Positions 27,757 through 41,170 of a stretch of DNA of 64,000 nucleotides are shown here, piece after piece. This DNA comes from Chrysomallon squamiferum. Lineage: Eukaryota > Animalia > Mollusca. The DNA lies in contig CM022667.1 of assembly GCA_012295275.1 (NCBI GenBank), forward strand, positions 15,066,001 through 15,130,000, given 5' to 3'. The stretch's first letter is position 1. Each line of letters begins with the position of its first letter. The notes under the pieces were generated by a model. It made no database searches, had not been told where the DNA came from, and worked only from the letters and a program-made list of their open reading frames with translations. The position numbers and the translations under genes are program-made.

Positions 27757-30605
27757 GTATTTGAAATTTTAGTTTTATATTTTGTCTAATTTAAATGTAA
27801 ATAAGACTGTAGCAGTTGCTTAGCATTTATTTCTTTGTTTTAAAGAATTCACTAATTTATCTTGTAAGGTAATACTTGTTGCAGCAGACATTATTATACG
27901 TGTTGTATAATCGGGTTAACTTGGCAGATTACACGTTGTAGGCTAGTCGAAAATCATGTCTTAAAGAAAACTCATTTGTGTCGCCAAACCTTGCAGAGAT
28001 AAAACATTATACGGGCAATTCATAATGAGTTTGAAATATTTGAAGATGAAATTCATTGGACAAAATCCGAAATAACTGAAGACACCGAAACGGTTGGTGA
28101 AAATAACAAATCTTGTTGCGAAACAAGTTTCGATAAACTAAGTAAAAATGAAATCCCGAGTTCGTTGCCAATTTTATCGAACACGTCCAATCAAAATGGA
28201 CTGAAAATTGGACGGAGCCATTTGGCCAGCCAAGACATTTAATCTGTACGAGGTGGATAAATCTGTAGTCGAAGTTTCCGAAGATGAGCCATCTGAAACT
28301 TGGTTACATTAAACCGTCACCCGGTCGACGAATCTCCAGGAAATATTCTTGAATGTAACACGAACTGTTTTTCACGTAACATGCCCACAACTCGTATATA
28401 GTTATCCTTGATATTGTCTTATGGTTCAAGAATATTAACATCGTTGCTAGTATAAATTTATTTGAACATGGTCCATCCGAAAACCTCGCCGAATTACTGG
28501 AATTCAATTTGAATGTGATTCGGAAAGGTATAAGTTTTTAACAATGCTGTGGAGAGGTGTCGTCTTTAATTTTGCTTACATTTATACCGCAGAACGGGAA
28601 GAAATGGTTTGAAACGATGATAGATTTCTCAAGTCTCGATACTTGCATGTGATTAATTTTGGTATTGAAATATGTTTGCAGGTACGAAGTGGTGTGGAAA
28701 TGGAGACGTAGCCACAAACAATGAACTCGGCTCGCTGCCCGTCACCGACGCCTGTTGCAGAGCGCATGACAAATGTTCACCGAAAATCAAAGGTCACAAA
28801 AGTTACAAAAACCTTTTCAATATTTGGCCATATACAAGGTGAGCAGAAGTTAAAGAAACTTTCAGATTAAGAGATTTTTTTTTTTTTTTTTTATGAGACT
28901 ATTATTACTTGTAATTAACATTAACCATACCTATTTTGTATCCTTGTGCATTTATATTGATGATCCAGAAAGTGTTTAGTATACAGCTGATCTTGGGATC
29001 AGTTCTTGGTACGCCCATTTCACCTGTCTGTTGGTTATCGACGATTAGTTTAATCATAGAGGATGGCAAGATTCCCTTTTCTGTAGTGTAATTATCTAAC
29101 CGTATTTTAATAACTTTCTGAAAAATGTTACCGTTTGCAAGTTGGCAGGATAATACTTTTGAGTAAAAACGGATTAAGACAACACGCTGGAGAAGACTAA
29201 AGAAAATAAAACGGCATATTTTTGTAAATTTAAAAATGTTTCTCGTTCCAGGCTGCACTGCCACTGCGACACCGCGTTTCACAGCTGTCTGAAACAAGCC
29301 GAATCCAAAGAGAAAGAAGCTCAGATAGTGGGAAGGATTTTTTTCGATGTTCTGAAGGCCAAATGCTTCAAAACGGTCGTGAAAAGGAAATGTGTAAAGA
29401 TTGCTACTAGCTGGTCAAGGTAATTTTAAATTTTTTAAAATGGACTCGGGTGTGTGTGTGTGTGTGTGGGGGGCGGCAATAGACGGGTTTGTACATTGGG
29501 TTGCGACCTGACCTGTATCTGAGACAAATCTTGTTTCAACGCATTGTCCTTCACCCTATGCAACTCGATATCTTGTGTTTAAATAACTTGTTTTTACTTG
29601 CACAACTGTTGTATAATAAAGAAATTCTTTATCTGTTTTTAAGATAAAACTTCGTGATAAAAGAACATGATCACTAGCTACTAAAGAAAATTACACTAAC
29701 TTAGGTTACACAAATCCTTCAGTTATTTAAAAATAGCTTTCTCCCCTCTGTAGCATAATTTCTAAAAATGTCGAGCTTTTTAATTTAAAAATTCGAATAA
29801 ATCTGAAGGGTAAAAATGCATTCTACGGGTCCCTCGTATAAAGCGATCCTTTCATGTGTATTTATACAGACTAACAACCCTGTTTTAAAACGCGATCTTC
29901 ACCATCTGAACTTGTTACCACCCATGAAGTTTAATGTGACTGTGACAAAAAATTGTGCAAAGCTTGCGCAGAATAATTTTAATCACTGCTCGACTCGATA
30001 ATTCAGTGTAATGTATACTGAGCATTCACGGTTACTAACGCTAAATTTAACCTTTGTTAAATCTAGTTGCACGTCACGTCAGAAGAATCGGGTTATTTTT
30101 AAATTGTATTAACTTCATAATAATAAAAAAAAATGTCCTTTGTATTGGATTTAGTTTCGTTGCTACCTTTTCAGAGCTGGGTTTGTATTTTGTGAATACG
30201 TTCGTTTTCGGGCGAGGGTAAAAATTGTTTGCATGGATTATATTGAGAGACGAATTATATTCACATAGGTGTAAAGATTTTTAAAATTGAAATTTAAGTT
30301 GCCTAAAAAAAATAACCTGTTAAACTGACAATAGACGTAAACTCTAGAAAGTTCCATTAAATATCTGTTTACAGTAAACATACCTCACGTTAAAAGCATT
30401 TTAAACTGAATCTCGTGAATTTAGCAACGAGTTTAACGTGACGTCTTTTCTAAATTGTAAAGATCTTGTCAAATTCAAACAAATGTTTGTACGAACATTC
30501 ATTATATTTACAAAACATTTTTCTTTCAGGCCATACATTAGATGCGTCAGGTACAAGACAGAAAATACCCTGGCCTTCGTGGATACACCAGTTTACCTGT
30601 CGTAA
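27639..30605 (+). CDS. Secreted group III phospholipase A2 (PLA2G3/bee-venom type), complete gene: join(27639..27756,28682..28838,29252..29419,30530..30605), 172 aa
   Basis: All introns GT-AG with matching phases; 519 nt CDS. Signal peptide MMLSSIVVVFFIFSTVNG, Ca2+-loop GIFPGTKWCGNG, active site TDACCRAHDKC, LHCHCD and CF motifs, 10 Cys. Confidence 0.95.
28682..28838 (+). CDS. PLA2 exon 2 (Ca2+-binding loop and catalytic His-Asp)
   Basis: TTTGCAG acceptor; (G)TKWCGNGDVATNNELGSLPVTDACCRAHDKCSPKIKGHKSYKNLFNIWPYT; donor AG|GTGAGC. Confidence 0.97.
29252..29419 (+). CDS. PLA2 exon 3
   Basis: TTCCAG acceptor; (R)LHCHCDTAFHSCLKQAESKEKEAQIVGRIFFDVLKAKCFKTVVKRKCVKIATSWS; donor AG|GTAATT. Confidence 0.95.
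30530..30605 (+). CDS. PLA2 exon 4 (terminal)
   Basis: TTTTCTTTCAG acceptor; (R)PYIRCVRYKTENTLAFVDTPVYLS-stop supplies the 10th Cys; AATAAA at 30633-30638. Confidence 0.88.
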
Positions 30606-30632
30606 ACACTGAAATGAATAATATGGTTGTGC

Positions 30633-30638
30633 AATAAA
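30633..30638 (+). promoter_or_regulatory. Polyadenylation signal of the PLA2 gene
   Basis: AATAAA 27 nt after the TAA stop. Confidence 0.6.
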
Positions 30639-32185
30639 AAGTCACCGCTGATTTAAAGTTATTTCTTTTCTTTAAAATATAAATTACCAAGTCTAGACAT
30701 TTAAAAAAAAAATGAGAATCTATTCATTTTAATTTTAACAGACTTCATCCTCGGCTATTTTATTACCAGAACCCTAAAATGACTGTATACGAGATGAAAT
30801 GCTGGGCGTGTTTTTTTTTTTTTTTTTTCCACTTTTAATAACGAGCTTGTAATTCCCGTTTGACATGAATTTCCATACGTTAGGGGTGTTTTTCAAAACC
30901 TATACATTAAAGTAGATGTGCAACTCATAGTGGTGATGGTCTACGAATAAATATATATATATATATATATATTTTTTTTTTTTATATATAATCTGGAACG
31001 CGCACAAGTTTACTGATAAGTTTAAGCAGAGAAAAACAAAATCGCAAACTAAAAACATTAAATATGCATGCCTATTTAAAATTGCCATGAGAAATTTCGG
31101 AAATTTCTATGTATTAAACGACTGGTTCAAAATTTAAGCTGCCATTTATCTAGCCGTGGTTTTGAAGAAAAAAATGATCCTGGTTAAAAAGTAAAGCATG
31201 TGTTTTTTTCATGCAATGTTTTGACAAACGCCAGTCATCTAAAGCTGGAGAAATAGAAAACAAGCCTTCAGATACAAGTTTGTTATATCAGTAGTTGGGC
31301 CTTGCTATTCAGGTACTTGGAAATGGACTGATCCTACTATTAACTTTAAAAAAAAATGTATATTGAATCATTAAAAGTAAATGCCAAATAATGAATTTTT
31401 GTGATGAAACTTTTCATATCTCAAAACTGCATTTTAACTGAAATGACAATAAAATCGCTTATTTTAATATTAGTAATCGACTGCTCGTAGGCACATAAAA
31501 CTGACGGTCATAATTTTCATACCGGCGGACACAAAATGACGGGTAAATCCACAAGCAATATCCATAAATATGCAGGGAAAAAAGACATTACCATTATCAT
31601 TGTTGATTCTTACCTTGTATATCGCAAGTTACGAAGGAATAAACGAAAACAAATCTGGAGAATCTAGCTAATCCTTCAGCACTATTCATAACCATGGATT
31701 CTTGGCAACGATGGCAAATTAATGACGTTATGTCTTTATGACGTCATAATGACCGCTGCAGATGGGCCATTATAAATACGTGACGCTTATTACTCGCAGT
31801 TTTTATTTATTATATCTTAGTCTCGTGTTTGAACCTGTGATTATGAATACGAGATAACTGTTTTTGGTATGTATAATACGTTTGACATTTTTAATCTGCG
31901 AAAGTTTCCTCACTATTGTTTGAGAATGTTTAAATGAATTTAATATAAAAACATTGTGATGGCATTTATTTATTTTATTTTGAAATATGATTTTTAATTT
32001 ATGAATAAATATAACCTTTTCTTTAAACTGTTTTGATTCCATTTTCGTTCATTAAATTTTCATCTAAAAACAGTTTAATAAAGACTGGGGGGGGGGGAAA
32101 CGAGAGTAGATGAATGGACTGACGGATCGTCGGAAATCGAAATCTTAAGAGAAATCGGACGGAAAGGATGAAAAGAATGATAGTA

Positions 32186-32220
<35 letters not shown>

Positions 32221-33411
32221 AGAGAAATAAAAGAACGAGATGTACAGAAGACGGACAGACAAAAATGGAGAAAGGAGAGAAAACTAAAGGCAACAAAAGC
32301 AAATTGATGAGGTTAGAAAGTAAAATAACTTTCACAAAGAAAGATAAAAATAAATTAAAATTTTAGAAAAAACCCCAAAACAACAAATAATAAAAATAAA
32401 CCAAAGAAAGGAAAAGGATTGAAAAATCAACAACAGTAACAAAACTTGTTTACTCGCAAAGCAGTAACGATAACAGTTACTTAAATCATAAGTGCCTTTC
32501 TAATCACTTATTCAAACACCATTGAACGATTCTGTTTCTGAACAGAAATGTTGTTCGAGACCTGCTGAAATAATCTCAACCTAGGTTATTCTGTCTACGT
32601 CATTATGTACGAGCGTACACTGTTCAGATAGAATTACTCGAACAATCTTGTGGACGGATTATCAAGTGGTAACCAGGACGGCTATTTACACTGCTGAATA
32701 AACACAATACTTTATATAAAACAAACAAGTACGTACGGACTCCATACACACGACTATTATATCCATCCGTATTCGAATTTATCGTGCTCCGTCATGCAAA
32801 CCCAAATGATTTGTCAAAGATCATGGCATTATCAGCAGGAATCTTTATGAAAAGGCATACCTTCCATGCATGTTTTTTTTTTTTTGTTGTTTTAGTTTGT
32901 TTGTTTGCGTTTGTTTTCTTTTGATAGTGTTTATTTTATTTATTTGTTTGTTTGTTATTGTTGTTATTTACTGTGTATATGTCAGCTCGCGAGAGTCCGT
33001 ATCCGTGTGCGTGTGCGTATGTGTGTCGGTGCTTAGTGCTTAATTAGTGTTTATTTTCATCTTATTTTATATCATTTATTTTATTACCCATCTGTCAAAC
33101 GTATCCTTCTGTCCTCCGTTCAAAATGTCCTCTATTTAATTCATTTCTACATTGTGCAGTATACATCTGTGCTTCATGGTGTCTGGATTTATAAAATTAG
33201 ATGACATCTCGTTTTAGTATTTTTGTTTGTTTGTACGTATGCGACATCTGTTATAATTGCTTAATCGTACATTATTTCTCCCATTATACACATTCGCACA
33301 CCCAGACTAATAAATAAATAAACAAACAAACAAAATAAGTAAATATACAAACAGATAAAGTCTTAAATTGTCATCTGGTACAGGTTCTCTTGTTTTAGGA
33401 TGGAAGGCTAT

Positions 33412-33453
<42 letters not shown>

Positions 33454-34115
33454 CATACACACACACACATAAATAAATATATATATATATAAGTAGGAAA
33501 GTAAACAAAAATTGGACACTGAAGGCGTTAGTATGAAAACTGGAAGTTAAAAACAGCAACACAGATAATTATAGAACATTCCTGAATAGATATTTATGGT
33601 TTTCTCTTCAGGATAATTTAAGATTATAAACGCAGTAAACACTAGCTTTCATTGTATTTTTTTTCCAGTTTTAAATCTTCACTTCTTCTTCTTCTTTTTT
33701 TCTTTTTTTCCTTTACTTTTTTTTTTTTTTTTTTTTGTTGTCATCTTCCTCTTCTTCTTGGAACAAGGCGAACTAGATCAGAAACTGTTTTGATGTTTTT
33801 ATTGTAATTGTGGAACGTTTTATCAGAAACTATTTTCAAGATTATAAATGGTCGTTTTTCCTAAATGAACCTGGAGCATAACAAAATACAGTTAATTAAA
33901 TCATGATCCAAAAATAGAGAGAAAAAGGCAATAACCGGTCAATGTTATGTATCATGTTGTCATAAAAAACCCACCAAAACCCAGAAAAAAGATATATTTT
34001 ATATATATATCACTATAAATATGCACGTACTGGCACTCGTTTTTTAAAATTAATTTTAAAGACTTCATTCGTAATAATATTGGAAATTAAAACTAATAAC
34101 GAATTCTTAATTATC

Positions 34116-34214
<99 letters not shown>

Positions 34215-34699
34215 TACGCCTTTCTGTCTTTCTATCTGTTTGTGCATCTACATCTGTATCTCTCTCTGTCTGTACCTCATGGATACATACATACATACAC
34301 ATACACACACACAGACCGTAACTTTAGATCCCGGTTATTTGGCAGTAAACCAGGTCCAATTCCATCGTCTGGTTTTTTTCCTTGCGTCTCTAGGACAGCG
34401 ACCTCTGTCTGCATCAGACGTTGTGAAAGCTGGGAAGCCAGAGTCAGGGAGTGTGGAATAGCTGATTGAGACAGTATTAGGCTACTGGGGCAACAGGTTA
34501 CAAGAATTCGTGTAGTGACCGTAAGCCTGTCCATCTCTACGGCCATAAACGTTTCATGTTTACGCTAGTCGTAGATTTGTTAATGTCACCTCCTTGGAGC
34601 AAGTCGTAACTTTCCCCATTGTGTATTTTTATATGAAGCACGTTTGTTGTGGACATATACTATAGATTACGTTTAGATATCATAGATACTCTCTCTCGC

Positions 34700-34855
<156 letters not shown>

Positions 34856-34910
34856 TACATACTCAAGGGACACAAGGCAGATTTGCAGAAAGTCATTTTG
34901 TATGTGCATA

Positions 34911-35036
34911 GAAAAGAAAGCGCAAACAGTAACGTAAATGTAGGTAAACTCTTCATTACATCTGAAAATTGTGAAAAGAAAGCGCAAACAGTAACGTAAA
35001 TGTAGGTAAACTCTTCATTACATCTGTAAATTGTGA
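34911..35036 (+). repeat. 62-bp tandem duplication, 2 near-identical copies
   Basis: GAAAAGAAAGCGCAAACAGTAACGTAAATGTAGGTAAACTCTTCATTACATCTGWAAATTGT starting at 34911 and 34973. Confidence 0.9.
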
Positions 35037-35938
35037 TTTGATAAAGGTCTGGGTGACAAGATGTTACCCGTTACCAAGCTTGTGCGAATCTTTTGTTACC
35101 GCCGAATGTCTGTAGTTATTTTAGCCAATGAATACGCCAGGTTATGAATGGGGCGTGTTTACTGACAGTGACTGGCAGGTCACCTCACCACGTGTCACGG
35201 TAAAATGGCAAAGATGCATTAGTAGATAAATACAGAGATACATACATAATTTGAAACACAAAAGTACTTATGTAATATACGCCTATATACCTACAGATGA
35301 GCTCATGGGTAAATTTAAAAAAAAAAAATTCAAACACGGTATATTTTGCCTTAGATATATCAAAAATGTTAGGCCAACAAGGCATATTTTTTTTTTGGGT
35401 CATCTTTTCAATGAAATCATTTATATACCGCAGCTCAGAACTGTATTATTGCCTATAACTGGCCTAATATCACTTTTATTTCAATCACGAATATCTAATT
35501 TAAACTAACGAACTAACTAACTAACTAACTAAATAAATAAATAAATCGACGGCTATGAACGTCCTGCACCGAGCAGCTTAGCTAATCCTCTTCACTCTTT
35601 TCTAGCGATATTTTTAGTTTGACAACAGAGAATCCTAATTAACTTAACATAATCTCGTTCTGTGACGTAACACGTGATTTGTCCAATATGTCTGCACCCA
35701 CGAAGCTGCCTCGTGGAAGCGAGAAATGCTCTGTAATTGGAAAATATTAAAGAAATATGTCTGTTTGATTGGCTTTTGTTGAACGTAGTCAATCGATGGA
35801 ATGTGTGGGATGGGCATGAAGGTGACCCAGGTGCACTTGCATTTGTGGTAAAAGTTTAATCCTGTGTACTTATACACATAGACACACACACACACACGCA
35901 CACATACACATACAAACACACAAATAAATAAATACAAA

Positions 35939-36019
<81 letters not shown>

Positions 36020-37170
36020 TTACAATATACAGACAGTAGTTAAATAAGGTATTGCTTTTGCTCATACAACAATAAAGAAAGGCGTGTACGAACAAAATTC
36101 TTTATAGCACTATTCTGCTCTCATCACTTTTAACGACATTGTTGTTGACGTTGCTAATGTCGTTGTTGTTGTTAACAAACGGAAATTAAAAGTCGGTGCT
36201 TATCGAAGTGAGACATGACAGTGTATTAACTATTTTCAAACGTGTGAATATCTGCTTTAAAAAGTATTTTATATGAGATACTACTACTACTACTACTACT
36301 ACTATTACTACTACTACTATTGCTATTACTACAACAACTACTACTACTAATAATAATAAGAAGAAGAAGTAGAAGAATTATAGCAAAATAATATGTTAAT
36401 TTCATATGTTTTACAGAGAAAAGAATGTGGCTTTGTTATACAAATTATACACACACACATAGCACATACATGCAGACATACATACATAGTCTATTCATAC
36501 ATACGTACGTTGAAAACATATCAGTTACATATACATACATACATACATACATACATACGTACACACATGAATGGATATGAAATCAAGCGTACGAACCATA
36601 CAGCTTTTTGTGGAATTAAATGACAATAAACAATGCTTTGATATACAAAACACGTATAATCAACTACTAATTATAAAAACATGCACATTACAAATGTATC
36701 GAACTGTGAAGCACTGAATTAATGTTGCCATGCACCAAAACTTTAATTTAAAAAAATAATAATAATAAAAAAAATAAAACGACGACAACAACAACAAAAA
36801 TATGAATATAATTTTATTAAACATTTATTTGATCAAAGTATTTAATTTTGAATTAGTCCATTCAGTCAGCTGTGTTTTTCCTCTAAATGATTCAAACTGT
36901 AAAATTTTATTTTAATTAACTATGTTCAACAGTTAAATCAACCGTTGGGCTTTATTCGTTTGTTTTTAAAACTGTGAATTTAGTATAATGTATTAATATT
37001 AAAACGGGTTTAATTAATTGCCCATCTGTTATTCGCTGGATCTGTCGAGTTAGTCCAAAAGATTTGGGGCGAGTTCATTTAGCTGCGGTGGAAAAGTTGT
37101 TTCATATCGATAATTCTTTGTTCAAAATGGTATGTCCCAACCTACGATCCGTGAACACTCCAGGAAGGGT

Positions 37171-37182
37171 CGCGCCTGCGCA
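37171..37182. promoter_or_regulatory. NRF-1-like site in the putative SLC6 promoter
   Basis: CGCGCCTGCGCA resembles the YGCGCAnGCGCR consensus on the - strand, in a CpG-rich patch about 420 nt upstream of the ATG. Confidence 0.4.
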
Positions 37183-37232
37183 GTGCGAAACTCCATACAG
37201 TCTATATTGATTGAAGACTGCACATCTTTCAG

Positions 37233-37265
<33 letters not shown>

Positions 37266-37598
37266 CGCAGAAAATTTCCATGCGCTTAAAGCTTCGTACC
37301 TTGGAAATTTCCGTTGTTAATAACGCAAAGAGTGTGCTCTTTTTTTCTGTCGTATTTTTGAAATTGTTTGTGCATGACGATTTTTGTTTTCAAACACATG
37401 TCACAATATTCGTGGAGAAGTCGTATATAACCTTCTGCTTCGGCAACTTGCGTTATTTGAAACTCGCTCGTGTCAAAGCACGTTAAACAGAGCTACATTA
37501 AAGATTTAGTGTCAGTATTTTATAACTGTAGTCAGGTATTAAGTATACGAATACATTTAAATAAAGTTAAAATAAGAATAATAGATTTAAACTTAATC

Positions 37599-37821
37599 AT
37601 GGAAAAAACAGCGAACCTTGAAGATTATCAGATGAACAGTCTCTTGTCGGAGAAACACAGAAGCGATGAAAATGTGGATTTAGATGTGGAATCAGACGAC
37701 GAAACAACGGAAAGGGGACAATGGGGAAGAAAATTAGATTATATTCTCTCGCTCGTTGGTTACTGTGTGGGACTGGGAAATCTATGGCGATTTCCTTACC
37801 TTTGCAACAGAAACGGTGGAG
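37599..37821 (+). CDS. SLC6 coding exon 1 (N-terminus, TM1)
   Basis: MEKTANLED...[38 protein letters not shown]; donor G|GTAGGT. The start codon choice is inferred. Confidence 0.92.
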
Positions 37822-38968
37822 GTAGGTTTTATAAATCATTTGTAAAAATAACAAACCAATAAAGAAAAGTTAAACAAAATACGAATAAATTATTTTTTTG
37901 TACATTTTTCGGATAACAAAAGTTGATAATTTTTATAGATCTACAGAGCGGATATATTCCAGGTTACTGATGATATTATTATTATTATTATTATTTAAAT
38001 TTTACATTTTAAGAAACGTGTATATAATGTATGTATACCGAACATAATGTATGCACATACATACATTCGTATTTATGAATGTAGGTAGCCAGCCTGGTAG
38101 GTAGGTATTATTTCTACTATTGTAATTTATTGTTAGGTAGCCTTTCGCTTTAGGTCCAGTACAGTTTACTCAATACTTTTGATACGAATTCTTACCATTG
38201 TTAGTTCTGATTAATGAAGGTCATATAAAACAGTGTAACCGCACATTCGCTTGTAAAATGTGACCCTCATAAACTCAAAATACTGATATCCGGGTGCTGG
38301 GGTAACCATTTTTAATCAAAGTTCCCTGTATTTTTGTACAAGTACACAGGTTATTAATTTAACGTCAGTTCTGTTTATAAAATAAAAAAAAAAATAATAA
38401 AATAAAATGTAAGAAGAAGCCAAGTACTTTCTTCTAAATAGATTGTCGCTAATTGAAATCTATGGGTTACGATGAATGTTTCTGGATGTAACTCGATAGT
38501 ACAGTTGCTTTTATTAACGTTGGCAAAACTGGCTGATTGCCAGAATTTAGAAGCGAAAGTTGGTTTGAAGTTTATAATTGTGACCTTTTTACATCGGCAG
38601 CAGCAATAAACGAAAAATCGTAGCGAAATACTGAGTAAAGCAGTTGCAAACAAGGATTACATCTAATGTGCAAATTAACTTTATTATTTATTCCTTGGTT
38701 CAGTAAAAATACGAATAGTTTCTGTTTACGTCAGTCGCATAACTACAGCATATTTCCTCACCCACCTAAATAACTGTTTATATTTTGTTTCAGAAATAAC
38801 GAGTCAGATAATGGAAAAAAAAATGAAAATTAAAATAAAATAAAATAAATAAATAATAGATAATTAAAAAAATGAAAATTATATTTACCAAACATAAATT
38901 GTAAATACTATTATTAAAATTAATTAAATTTATAGCTATTATTTTATAATTTTACAACAGTACAGTGT

Positions 38969-39044
<76 letters not shown>

Positions 39045-39451
39045 CTCTTTCTCGCGATGTCGCAAATACGCTAGGATGTCTAAACAACATAATGAATAGC
39101 CATTACGAAACAAACCTAAGTGTTTGTTTGGGGATGTGTTGAAGGAACACGTAACATTTAACACATATTGTTACGCATTTACTGTCAAAGAATCTGGCAC
39201 ACTTCCGAGTGAACTGTTTAAGGCATTAGGAGGCATTTACGCAAACACGTATCAAATATCTGACGTCACTATAGGCTTACCACCAAGATAAAACGCTCAA
39301 CTGAGAACAGACATCGTCTGACTCTGTTGTAATAGTCTGTATCTTCTTTCACTCTACTTCCAGTACCTTCATTCATTCATTCATTCAGTCTGTCTGTCAT
39401 TCTGTCTCTGCCATCTTCCCATTAACTTCCTTCAGTCTGATCATTATCAAA

Positions 39452-39547
<96 letters not shown>

Positions 39548-41123
39548 ATACCAACATATACGCATACAACACAAAAAATGTATACATAGACATATTAATT
39601 TAACACACGAACACACGCATCACACACAGTCACCGAAAAGCGTTCATGTGTTTGAAAGAAGCACAATAGAACAGCTGCAAATTGAAACTCTGGCCGTTTA
39701 TCCATCCGTTCACGACAAACGAGCGAAACTTGATAGTGGCATAAATAACGAGACGTAATATAAAGAAGAAAACAGATAAAGTAGTACAATTTGAAAGAAA
39801 TTAAATATTTTTCTCTATTATTATTATTATTGTTATTGTTATTATTATTATTATTATATTTCATCATTATTTTTTACTTTATAATGGAAAACTTTTCCTA
39901 TTGAAAATTCTACATGACGTCAACTGTTTTGGTTAAATCCTGCATCGACTGTGGAAAAATGAAAGATATCTTCTTCTCCGTCTTTTGCGTTACTCATATA
40001 ATGTATTGCCCAAGGCCATACGTTTGTTAACAGTGACAAACACATTATTAGAAAACCGCTGGACACTTTTTTTTTTTTATTAAGAAAAAAACACCATGAA
40101 TAAAAATAAAAGCTTTTTGCATTTCTTACACCAGCCGATTTTGGTCATGGTAATGTTCTATTGTTAATAATATCTGGTCGGAAACTTTCCAGGACCTACT
40201 TGGGAAAGGTTGATAGAAAATTAATATTTCTACTTTTTTATTTTTATTTTTTTTTTTATTTATACCCAAAACACGCCTCTTTTTGACACACTAACGGACA
40301 CTTACATATGAATGGAATGCTGGCATTTAGCCAATATTGTTTATGAATATACTTATTAATTTACCTTCCTTCCTTCCTTCCTTCCTTCCTTCCATCCATT
40401 CTATCTTTCTTTTTATTATCTGCTTATTATTTATTTAGTCAGGAAGTTATATTTTTTTTCTTCATGTTCTACCTTAAAAAATGTATTCATTTAATAAATG
40501 TATTAAAAAAAACCCCACAAAAAAAAAAAAAAAAAAAAAAAAAAAACAACAACAACAACAACAACAACAACAAAAAATAATAACAACAAACAAATAAAAA
40601 TAAAACACACATTAAACAGTTATGATTTATAAAATTAAATATCCACAATAACAAAAACAATCAAGATTTTTAACAATGTACAGGATCCAGTTTAATTGCT
40701 TTTCACATAAATAAATGAGAGATCAGAAGGCTGCGAAACACAACAAACACGACCACGCTGTCTATTAAGTATGTATACGTAACAAACAAAAATATTTCAC
40801 AACAGAAAGAAACAGAAGATGGAGAAAAAAGTGATAATAATAATAATAATTCAAGATTTGATCGTAAACCTGTCGTCTTTTCTGACGTAATAGATTTATA
40901 TTTTATTTCTCGGAAGCCTCCTATGACGTCATAATGACGTAACAATGTCAGATAAAAATAGCGTTCGGAGCTGTGTTTTGCTGTTGCAAGCTTTTCTGAC
41001 ACCAGTACATGTTTTGTTGACGCAAAAATAGCGTCATTCTTCATCTGAAGGCCAAATCCTGTGTTACGTGGTCAGGTAACACATGTTATTAAAGAGGTGA
41101 GGAAATAACGATAACAAATTATA

Positions 41124-41170
<47 letters not shown>

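Noticed and set aside
28905-29297. 130-aa minus-strand ORF, and the 61-aa ORF at 28582-28767
   Set aside because: Antisense shadows of PLA2 exons and introns with no recognisable motif.
29380-29395. KRK basic cluster in PLA2 as a heterodimer-processing site like scorpion group III PLA2s
   Set aside because: The protein is Lys-rich overall, so the cluster is unremarkable without proteomic evidence.
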